A stretch of DNA of 64,000 nt from Terriglobia bacterium (GTDB lineage: Bacteria > Acidobacteriota > Terriglobia > 20CM-2-55-15), in NCBI GenBank assembly GCA_965198265.1, contig CBDAPB010000036.1, forward strand, positions 481,431-545,430, read 5' to 3'. The notes under the pieces are model-generated. The model ran no database searches and had not been told where the DNA came from. It saw only the letters and a program-made list of their open reading frames with translations. Made by a program: the position numbers and the translations under genes. Positions 56,294-64,000 of this stretch are shown one piece after another; positions within the stretch are counted from its first letter, which is position 1; each line of letters begins with the position of its first letter.

Positions 56294-58660
56294 CTACTGT
56301 GAGGCCTCTTGGTTTCTCGTCATTTGGAACGCCGGGCTTTTCACGGTGGCCAGAATGAACGAGGAGAAACGGTTGTCGGTCGTTGCCGCCGCCCGCTGGA
56401 TGGAGCGAACTGTGGGCATATCGCGATAGTCCAGCACTCGACCCAGGCCATACGCCAGCAGGTTTTCGGTGAAGGCGCCGATAAAGGCTTCGGAACGGTT
56501 CAAGACCGCCTGACGCACGCTGATCGGCCCGTTCAGCTCGGTTCCGTCGAACATCGTGCCTGACGGGTCGATACGGGAGCCGCTGTCGTTGTTCCGCCAC
56601 ACCCCGGTCGCGTCAAAGTTTTCGAGCGCCAGCCCGATCGGATCCATGAGCTGGTGACAGGATGCGCAGGCGGGATTCGCGCGGTGCTGCTCCATGCGCT
56701 CGCGCACCGATAGCGCCTTTTGATTGTCGACAGCTTCCTCCAGAGGAGGCACAGATGGAAGCGGGGGCGGTGGGGGCGAGCCGATCAAGACCTCCAACAC
56801 GTACTTACCGCGCGCTACCGGCGAGGTCCTGTTCGCCAGCGATGTCATCGTCAGCACGCCCGCCTTCCCCATCAAACCAAACCGGTTCGGGTCCCTCAAC
56901 CCCACGCGCTGGAATCGGTTCCCTAAGACGTTCGGAATCCCATAGTGCTTGGCCAGAACCTCATCAACAAACGTATAGTCCGTGGTGAGCAGATCCAGCA
57001 CGTTCCGGTCCTCGCGCATGATGCTCTCGAACAAGAGCTCCACTTCACGCCGCATCGATTCTGCGAGATTCTGGGTGTAATTAGGAAACAAGCCAGACTC
57101 CGGGAGCGCCTCCGCAATACCACGCAAGCGCAGCCACTGCCCGCCGAAGTTCGTCGCCAGTGCTTCCGCGCGAGGGTCCGCCAACATGCGCTCCGTTTGT
57201 TGCTCCAGCACCAACGGATCCGTGAGTTTCCCCTGGCTGGCCACACCAATCAGCTCAGCGTCGGGGACGCTGCTCCACAGAAAGTACGACAAACGAGAAG
57301 CCAGCTCCAGGTCACTGATGTGAAAGCTTTGACCGAGCGCGATCTCGGCCGGAACACGCTCGAAACGGAACACGAATTCCGGCTTCGCAAGGATTGCCTG
57401 AACGGCCGTTCGGATCCCCGTGTCGAAGTCCCCATGCTCCCGGCCGACCTGGTACTGGACCATCAGCCCTTCGAGATCCTCGGCAGTCACCGGTCTGCGA
57501 AAAGCCTGTCTTGCCAGCCTCGATATGATATTCATCGCGCAGGGCTGCTCGTCGGTGGCGGCCGTCGGGTAGCAGGTGAATATTCTTCGACGGCTGGGCG
57601 TCTCCGTCACTCCTGTCGCGTTTATGGGGCCGGTAATGAAAACACTTTGCAGGTGAGGAAGCGCTGTTATGCCCGCGTGGTTGGCAATACTGATATCCAT
57701 CAAAGTATGCTCGATGAGCCAGTATTGGTCCTCGACTCCTCCGTCGAACTTCGAAACGAACGCAGCGGCAACCCTCCGTGGACCTGCTTTTATCTTGACG
57801 GGCGGCGTGAACAGGGCACCTGTGGGTTCCTCGAGCTCCGGATCGATCGTAAAGACGGCTACCCTCTCTCCGTCCACCGAAACCTCGAGTTCCTGACCCT
57901 GGAGCGAATCGGGCAGTCTTGACCCGATGAGCTGTCCGGTGTAGTAGAAATAAAGCTCCAGCTTGAAGGTGTAGTCGCCGTCGGCCGGAAAGTTATGGAC
58001 AACCGACATCCCGCCCCGCGTCCCGAACGGGGCACCCTCGACGTGACGCATTTGGTTGATGACCTTGGGGACATTGTAAGACACCATGGCAGGCTCTGCC
58101 TGGGGATCACCGACGGCGATGCGGCTGATCTTTTCGGCCGCCCGGATGTATCCTTGCATCAGCGCCGGAGTGACAGTCAGGGCGTCCGCCATGTTGTCAA
58201 AACCACCTGTACTCGAATCGGGCGGCAGAAGCGAAGTCACATCTACGGAGACACCAAGCAGATCTCGGACCGAGTTGCCGTATTCGGTCCGATTGATGCG
58301 ATGCAATTCCGGCGCATCGATATGAGGTTGGCTAGCGGAGGCCTGGTCGATCCGCGTTTCGAGCGCCGAGGCGAAAGCCTTCAGAGTGGCCCCATCGGGC
58401 CGGGGTGCGCCAGCCTGAGGCATCATGCCGGACCGCACCTTGCGTATCACCTTTTCCGCCTGTTCCGCGTTTTGATCGGGGTGGGCCAGGTCCAACTCCG
58501 TCCAGGAAAAGCCTCCCGAGTCCAGCGCGTCGTTGTGGCACCCAATACAATACTCGTCGACCAGCGCACGCTGCGATTCCACAGACGATGAGGGGCCAGT
58601 CTGTCCGAGCATTGTCACGGCCGATAGGACCAAGCCACCGAGAACTAACGTTCCTTTCAT
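56294..58660 (-). CDS. DUF1592-family diheme protein, copy B
   Basis: CIGCH; HRINRTEY; LELASRLSYFLW; RTSPVARG; CASCH. Confidence 0.92.
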   Translation of the reverse strand: MKGTLVLGGLVLSAVTMLGQTGPSSSVESQRALVDEYCIGCHNDALDSGGFSWTELDLAHPDQNAEQAEKVIRKVRSGMMPQAGAPRPDGATLKAFASALETRIDQASASQPHIDAPELHRINRTEYGNSVRDLLGVSVDVTSLLPPDSSTGGFDNMADALTVTPALMQGYIRAAEKISRIAVGDPQAEPAMVSYNVPKVINQMRHVEGAPFGTRGGMSVVHNFPADGDYTFKLELYFYYTGQLIGSRLPDSLQGQELEVSVDGERVAVFTIDPELEEPTGALFTPPVKIKAGPRRVAAAFVSKFDGGVEDQYWLIEHTLMDISIANHAGITALPHLQSVFITGPINATGVTETPSRRRIFTCYPTAATDEQPCAMNIISRLARQAFRRPVTAEDLEGLMVQYQVGREHGDFDTGIRTAVQAILAKPEFVFRFERVPAEIALGQSFHISDLELASRLSYFLWSSVPDAELIGVASQGKLTDPLVLEQQTERMLADPRAEALATNFGGQWLRLRGIAEALPESGLFPNYTQNLAESMRREVELLFESIMREDRNVLDLLTTDYTFVDEVLAKHYGIPNVLGNRFQRVGLRDPNRFGLMGKAGVLTMTSLANRTSPVARGKYVLEVLIGSPPPPPLPSVPPLEEAVDNQKALSVRERMEQHRANPACASCHQLMDPIGLALENFDATGVWRNNDSGSRIDPSGTMFDGTELNGPISVRQAVLNRSEAFIGAFTENLLAYGLGRVLDYRDMPTVRSIQRAAATTDNRFSSFILATVKSPAFQMTRNQEASQ

Positions 58661-58744
58661 CAAAATCACCCCTCCCCTTACCGGCGAGTCACGGGGATAC
58701 AATTCGGCCTCACAAACATGCCACCAACTCGGTCACTTGCAGAA

Positions 58745-58816
58745 CTGTCAGCGGAATCGTCGCTGTCAGCGCAGTCGTCGCTGTCAGCACAATCGTCGCT
58801 GTCAGCGGAATCGTCC
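58745..58816. repeat. Four tandem 18-bp repeats in a divergent promoter region
   Basis: CTGTCAGCGGAATCGTCG / CTGTCAGCGCAGTCGTCG / CTGTCAGCACAATCGTCG / CTGTCAGCGGAATCGTCC. Confidence 0.88.
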
Positions 58817-59017
58817 CAGCAAACTCCATGCGCGTCTGACTGGGAGTCTACCTACCACAAGGCGTTTTGGTGCAACTGCTTGTTGAAATAACTACTTGTC
58901 GCAATATAGGCGGACTGGAACCAGACGTCAACTTTTTAACGGGTACCCTAAGTTGACACTGCCCCCGCAGTCTGCGATAAGCTGCCCATATCTTCAGCCT
59001 GAAGTAAGGAGGCCAAA

Positions 59018-60196
59018 GTGGCTATCACCGGCACCCGCATCGGCTCGAGACCCGACGTAATCGAGACTTCCAAACCGACCAGACACGGCATTCAACACTA
59101 CATTCCCGTGATCGGGGATATCCATGACAAGAGCCCCCTGGCGTATCGCACGACCCGTGGGGCCGTCCACGTGACGAATCTGGTCCAAATGGCTTTTGCG
59201 GAAGCCTACGTCCATGGTCTGGAGCTTCCCGACCCCGTGATGCGAGGAATCTTCAAGACGGTCATGCCGATCATTTTTAAACATTTCCCCGCACTCCTGA
59301 CCCCCTACGAATGGGTATTGGAAGAAACGCCACACATGGCCGAAGGCCCGAAGGATTTGATGAAGACCCAGTACGACCTGCCACAGGGCATGTTGAATCG
59401 GATGCTGGGCGACTGGAAACTGATCTACCCCAAATACAGCATGGGATTGTGGGAGCGGGGAGCTGCCGATCTCGAGCAATCCCAGATGCACATGATCGAC
59501 GATATGATTGAAAAGCTCGGGATCGAGGATGGCGACAACATCCTGGATTTTGGCTGTGGTTGGGGTTGTGTGCCCAACTACATTCTGTCCAAGTTTCCCA
59601 ATTGCAGGTTTACGGGACTGAACCTGAGCCACGAGCAATGCGAGTACATGCGCCGGCAGATGCAGAATCCGGAAAGCTATCTCAGTTCGGGTCGGTTTAC
59701 TCTTGTGGAGCAGGATCTCAACGACACGCAGTTCGACGAAAAGTTCGACAAGATCCTATCGGTAGGCGTTTTTTGCCATGTCGGGAATCTCACCAGGTCT
59801 TTCGCCAAACTTGCTTCTATCTTGAAACCGGGCGGAAAGTTTTTCCTTCACATCATCACCATTCGCACTCCCAACAACATTTCCAGCGTTTTCACCCACA
59901 AATACATTTTCCCGCACGGCCGGTACTGGCGCTTTGATTCGATTCAGACCTACAACAAGGATCTCAGAACAGTGGAGCGCTGGTACATCAACGGCATGAA
60001 CTATTCCAAAACGATGACACGATGGCTGGAAAACTTTGACGATAGCTATCCCGATGTCAAAGATCTCGATTACGGCATTGAGTTCGCCAAATTCCGCCGC
60101 ATCTGGCGGTTTTACCTGATGTGGTTGGCGACCAACTTTGCAAGCTGTGATGGAGAGATAAACGGCAACGGGCAGTGGCTGATGGTTCACGCCTGA
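59018..60196 (+). CDS. Cyclopropane-fatty-acyl-phospholipid synthase-like SAM methyltransferase
   Basis: QYDL...KYSMGLW; ILDFGCGWG; FDKILSVGVFCHV; KYIFPHG; W..NF. Confidence 0.85.
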   Translation: MAITGTRIGSRPDVIETSKPTRHGIQHYIPVIGDIHDKSPLAYRTTRGAVHVTNLVQMAFAEAYVHGLELPDPVMRGIFKTVMPIIFKHFPALLTPYEWVLEETPHMAEGPKDLMKTQYDLPQGMLNRMLGDWKLIYPKYSMGLWERGAADLEQSQMHMIDDMIEKLGIEDGDNILDFGCGWGCVPNYILSKFPNCRFTGLNLSHEQCEYMRRQMQNPESYLSSGRFTLVEQDLNDTQFDEKFDKILSVGVFCHVGNLTRSFAKLASILKPGGKFFLHIITIRTPNNISSVFTHKYIFPHGRYWRFDSIQTYNKDLRTVERWYINGMNYSKTMTRWLENFDDSYPDVKDLDYGIEFAKFRRIWRFYLMWLATNFASCDGEINGNGQWLMVHA

Positions 60197-60233
60197 TCGC
60201 GCGCGTTTAAGCCGTTCCCAGTCGGGCCTTTGT

Positions 60234-61085
60234 ATGACTCCAGTTCGACGATTGAATTTCCGGACAATTGTTGCCTTCGGGCCGTTGCATGCCGGCTGCC
60301 TGCTCTTGTTGTGGACTCCGTTCCAGTGGTCTTACCTGGGTTGGCTCGTCGTCACCTACTACATTCGAATGTTCGGGGTCACGGCCGGCTATCATCGTTA
60401 CTTCAGCCATCGTTCCTTCAAGCTCGATCGCTTTTCACAGTTTCTTCTGGCCTTTCTCGCCCAGACCAGCGCGCAAATGGGCGTGTTGTGGTGGTCGGCA
60501 CATCATCGAACGCACCATCGCTACTCCGATACCGACAAAGATCCCCATTCGCCGGTACAGAAGAGCCTCTGGTGGTCGCACATGGGCTGGCTTCTGGACG
60601 GTGAGTCCCGTGAATATGACAGCCGCCTCATGCAGGATTTTGAAAAGTTCCCCGAACTCCGGCTGCTGGAGAAATATCACAGGGTTCCCGCTATTCTGTT
60701 TGGTGCTGCGGTGTATGCGATGGGAGGCTTTCCCGCTTTCGTCTGGGGATTCGTCGTATCGACTGTGGTGCTCTGGCACGGCACGTTTACGATCAACTCC
60801 CTCGCACATGTCTGGGGATCCCGACCCTTTGAGACGGGAGACCAGAGCCGGAACAATTTCCTACTCGCTCTGATCACACTCGGAGAAGGCTGGCACAACA
60901 ACCACCACCAGTTCATGTATAGCGTCCGGCAGGGTTTGCGATGGTGGGAGATTGACATCTCCTACTACGTCCTGAGGATCCTGAGTCTGATCGGGATTGT
61001 TCGGGAATTGCGCACGCCGAATCCTTCCGAAGTTTTCAAATTCCGGACGTCGGGCTTGGACCCCGAGACTCGAACAGCGCTGTAA
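60234..61085 (+). CDS. Membrane fatty-acid (acyl-CoA, delta-9-type) desaturase
   Basis: His boxes HRYFSH, HRTHH, GEGWHNNHH; DPHSP. Confidence 0.92.
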   Translation: MTPVRRLNFRTIVAFGPLHAGCLLLLWTPFQWSYLGWLVVTYYIRMFGVTAGYHRYFSHRSFKLDRFSQFLLAFLAQTSAQMGVLWWSAHHRTHHRYSDTDKDPHSPVQKSLWWSHMGWLLDGESREYDSRLMQDFEKFPELRLLEKYHRVPAILFGAAVYAMGGFPAFVWGFVVSTVVLWHGTFTINSLAHVWGSRPFETGDQSRNNFLLALITLGEGWHNNHHQFMYSVRQGLRWWEIDISYYVLRILSLIGIVRELRTPNPSEVFKFRTSGLDPETRTAL

Positions 61086-61090
61086 GCGTT

Positions 61091-61384
61091 CTATTGCGAC
61101 CTTGGGAGGAAGATCGGAGTGCATTCAAGAATCAGTTCATTCAGACGTGGCGGACATTCGCTGCGTGGCAAGATTTCGAAGACGAAGCCCTCCGGGGACT
61201 TTGCAGGAAAGTACCGGTCTTTTTCTTTCATGCACTCGATCAGGCTGGATTTGAGGTCGTTGGCTTCGGCAAGATAGATCCAACCCTCAGAGTTGAACAA
61301 CCCATACACGCCGGGTCGCATCGGCGCATTCTTGGAAATCGTCGATAAGTTGAATGGATAACCGGCTGGGTTTTGCCAGGGCAC
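61091..61384 (-). CDS. Small GIY-YIG-like protein (degenerate)
   Basis: GTG after GGAGG; APMRPGVYGL...WIYLAEANDL. Confidence 0.55.
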   Translation of the reverse strand: MPWQNPAGYPFNLSTISKNAPMRPGVYGLFNSEGWIYLAEANDLKSSLIECMKEKDRYFPAKSPEGFVFEILPRSECPPRLNELILECTPIFLPRSQ

Positions 61385-61770
61385 AGTACCTCCGGAGGAA
61401 TTCGTCGTATTTCGACCTGCCTGTCTCGAATGCGGACCACGCCGTCCGGAAACGTCGAGGTTGCCGAGTGGCGGGGCTATACCGACTTTTCGCGGCGCAT
61501 CGACCCAACTAGCTTTCCCCATCGTAGGGCCCGGCCGACGGAAGCCAAAGGTTTTGATGACCGCCGACCAGGCTGGGCTGCGCTAGCGCTGCGTCCGTAG
61601 AGAGTGTAATACTCAGATAGCAGGGAATTCCAGAAAAAGCAGCCGATAGAGGCCCATTTTAGGACGCGGCGTTAACGATCGTGACGGGCCCATCCATCTT
61701 ACCCACGCGGCTGTCATCGCCGTTCAAGTCGCTTCTCCTCACCGGACTTTGACCGGAGCCGAGAGCCGCG

Positions 61771-63900
61771 TCAGGCGGCGGACTCCCCGGATGTCCATCG
61801 GATCCCGCCCGTGATCAGGTCGGTTACTCGTGTCCGGTCCACCGGGCGCGAGAACAGGTACCCCTGCCCGAGATCGCAGCCCAGCTCGCACAACAGCCGA
61901 AGCTGTTCGTCCGTTTCGACCCCTTCCGCGGTGACGCTCAATCCGAGATTCTGCGCGAGCAGGATGATGGTGCGGACGATTTCCAACCTCTCCGGGTCCG
62001 ACTCTATCCGGCTGATGAAAGACCTGTCGATCTTGAGCTCGTCCAGTGGAAAGCCATGAAGAAACGTCAGCGACGAGTGTCCGGTCCCGAAATCGTCGAT
62101 CCCGATCCGGATGCCCATCGAGCGGAATTCTTCGAGTATTTTCTTGGTCTCTTTGGGGTTCGACATCACGAGACTTTCAGTGACCTCGAGCTTCAGGCAC
62201 GATGGATCGAACTGCCGATCGAAATCCGCGCAGTAGTTGTCCGCTCGCTCGATCGCCTTCTGAACGTCTTCGACGATACCCGGCTGCAGTTGCTGCCTGG
62301 AGAGATTGACCGAGACGGAAAGAGGCTTGTCCGTCGAAGGTAGCTGCTGCCAGACGGCCAGTTCGCTGCAGGCCTCTTCCAGCACCCGCAGTCCCATGGG
62401 AACGATGAGCCCGGTTTCTTCCGCCACCGGGATGAACTCATCGGGTGGAACCAGGCCGCGGGAGGGATGTTGCCATCGTATGAGGGACTCGAAGCCCTGG
62501 ATCCTGCCCGTGGCCAGGTCGACGATCGGTTGATACCAGTTTTCGAATTCGCGCCGCTCGACCGCGTGCCGCAGGTCCGTTTCGATTTGCAGCCGCTTGA
62601 CGACTGCGGTCCGCATTTCGGAATCGAAGACCTGGATGCGCTCGCCGCCGAGATCTTTCGCGTGGTTGCCGGCTGTGGCCGCATCGCGCAACAGGTCCTC
62701 GGGCGATTCGCTGCCGGTACCGAACGAAACGCCAACGTGCGCGTCGAGGAAGACCTCGTGACCGCAGACGTGGAACGCATCCTTCAGTGTTTCAAGCACA
62801 CGGTCCGCCACCCGGAATGCATCCCTGGGGTGCCCGAGCCCGTCCAGCAGCAGGGTGAACTCTTCTCCGCTGTGCCGCGCCAGGGAGTGGCGCTCGGTGA
62901 ACCGAGATACGGTGTCCGTGCTTCTCAGCTTCCCTTCCAGTCGGCGGACGAAGGCGATCAGCAACTGGTCGGCAACGGCCTGCCCCAGGCTGTCCACGAC
63001 GAGCTTGAAACGATCCAGCGCCAGGAACAGTAAACCGAAGAGGGTTCCATCGTTCCGCTTCGCGCGCTCGACTGCCTGGGTCAGACGATCCACGAACAAG
63101 GTCCTGTTGGGAATGCCCGTCAGGGCGTCCGTCACCTTTCCCGGAGTGATGTCGGACTGTGAGCCCGCCATCCGGTGCGGTTTGCCGTCGTCGTCGCGCA
63201 CGAGGAGACCCCGGGTGAGCACCCAGCGGTAGCTGCTGTCGCGGTGCAAGATGCGGTGCTCGTTTTCGAAGTACGCTTTGCCACCGTCGAAGTGCGCTTC
63301 GAGATCCGACTCGACGCGGGATCGATCGTCCGGATGGATTCGATCCAGCCATTCCGCCGGCGTTGACCCGATTTCGTCTTCCGCGTGCCCGAGCATGGTC
63401 TTCCAGCGGTCGGAAAAATACACCGTGTCGGTCTTCAGGTCCCAGTCCCATATCCCGTCCCGTGAACCAGCGGCCGCGAGGGCGTAGCGCTCCTCGCTCG
63501 CCTGCAGGGCCTGCTCCAGCTTCTTGACCGTGAGCTGGTGGCGAATACGGGCCAGGGCGACCGCCACGTCGACCGGCTTGGTGATGTAATCGTTGGCTCC
63601 CAGGTCGAGACCCTGAACCACGTCCTTACTGTCGGTCCGTCCCGTAACGAGGATGACGGGAAGCTCGACTGCGGAATACTGCTCCCGAATCCGGTTCAGG
63701 ACGGTCAGTCCGCTCATTACCGGCATTTCCACGTCGAGCAGCACGAGGTCGAACGGATTAGACGCGACGAGGTTGCACGCTTCGGCACCATCGCTCGCCA
63801 TCGTCGTCTGGTAACCTCGCCGGAGCAGACGACGGGACAGCATGTCCCGGTTCATCTCGTCGTCGTCGACGATCAGGAGTCTTTCGGGGTGGTCGCTCAT
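61771..63900 (-). CDS. REC-PAS-GGDEF-EAL protein; degenerate cyclase, probable c-di-GMP phosphodiesterase
   Basis: LIVDDD...LLDVEMP...YITKP; DGIWDWD PAS; SGEEF; ESLIRW, LEVTES, IDDFGTG, LKIDRSF, AEGVE, GQGYLFSRP. Confidence 0.92.
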   Translation of the reverse strand: MSDHPERLLIVDDDEMNRDMLSRRLLRRGYQTTMASDGAEACNLVASNPFDLVLLDVEMPVMSGLTVLNRIREQYSAVELPVILVTGRTDSKDVVQGLDLGANDYITKPVDVAVALARIRHQLTVKKLEQALQASEERYALAAAGSRDGIWDWDLKTDTVYFSDRWKTMLGHAEDEIGSTPAEWLDRIHPDDRSRVESDLEAHFDGGKAYFENEHRILHRDSSYRWVLTRGLLVRDDDGKPHRMAGSQSDITPGKVTDALTGIPNRTLFVDRLTQAVERAKRNDGTLFGLLFLALDRFKLVVDSLGQAVADQLLIAFVRRLEGKLRSTDTVSRFTERHSLARHSGEEFTLLLDGLGHPRDAFRVADRVLETLKDAFHVCGHEVFLDAHVGVSFGTGSESPEDLLRDAATAGNHAKDLGGERIQVFDSEMRTAVVKRLQIETDLRHAVERREFENWYQPIVDLATGRIQGFESLIRWQHPSRGLVPPDEFIPVAEETGLIVPMGLRVLEEACSELAVWQQLPSTDKPLSVSVNLSRQQLQPGIVEDVQKAIERADNYCADFDRQFDPSCLKLEVTESLVMSNPKETKKILEEFRSMGIRIGIDDFGTGHSSLTFLHGFPLDELKIDRSFISRIESDPERLEIVRTIILLAQNLGLSVTAEGVETDEQLRLLCELGCDLGQGYLFSRPVDRTRVTDLITGGIRWTSGESAA

Positions 63901-64000
63901 GACGCCTCTCCGGGGGCTTCTCCCAAGAGCCGATGGATCGTGTCGACCAGGCTGGCGAAATCGATCGGTTTCGTCGCGAACTCGTCGCATCCGCTGTCGA
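63897..64000 (-). CDS. Response regulator receiver protein, 3' end only
   Basis: DSGCDEFATKPIDFASLVDTIHRLLGEAPGEAS*; TGA overlaps the downstream ATG. Confidence 0.75.
   Translation of the reverse strand, partial: DSGCDEFATKPIDFASLVDTIHRLLGEAPGEAS

Noticed and set aside
58705-58735. Sigma-54 promoter for DUF1592-B (TGGCA on the minus strand)
   Set aside because: No GC at the -12 position with correct spacing

Overview
GC-rich bacterial DNA. The gene content (Oar-type TonB-dependent receptors, DUF1592/DUF1552/ankyrin triads, a quinoprotein plus cytochrome c pair) suggests Acidobacteriota; this is inference. Four blocks. (1) 0.2-8.8 kb is a mobile-element and toxin-antitoxin patch: an unclassified 528-aa putative rolling-circle (Rep_trans-like) transposase with an exactly duplicated 44-bp right end, a 275-bp MITE, TA relics, BrnTA, a HigBA-like pair, IS1634 and Fic. 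(2) 8.8-45.8 kb is an uptake and hydrolysis region: four TonB-dependent receptors, SSS and MFS transporters, and many amide/peptide hydrolases (S9 peptidase, vasohibin-like protease, creatininase-like, Ntn acylase, acetamidase), most with signal peptides. It also holds more MITE copies and an IS5. (3) 46-58.7 kb has two paralogous DUF1592-DUF1552-ankyrin operons converging on a cytochrome c gene. (4) 59-64 kb has a Cfa-like methyltransferase plus desaturase, a small GIY-YIG-like gene and a REC-PAS-GGDEF-EAL signalling locus. The best leads are a ~275-bp structured MITE family whose internal stems are conserved by compensatory changes despite different terminal repeats, the Rep-like element with a tandem end duplication, shared CTAG targeting with nesting of unrelated elements, and the twin heme/Tat/ankyrin modules. 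No rRNA, tRNA or CRISPR array was recognised. Family assignments are by eye from motifs; no searches were run.
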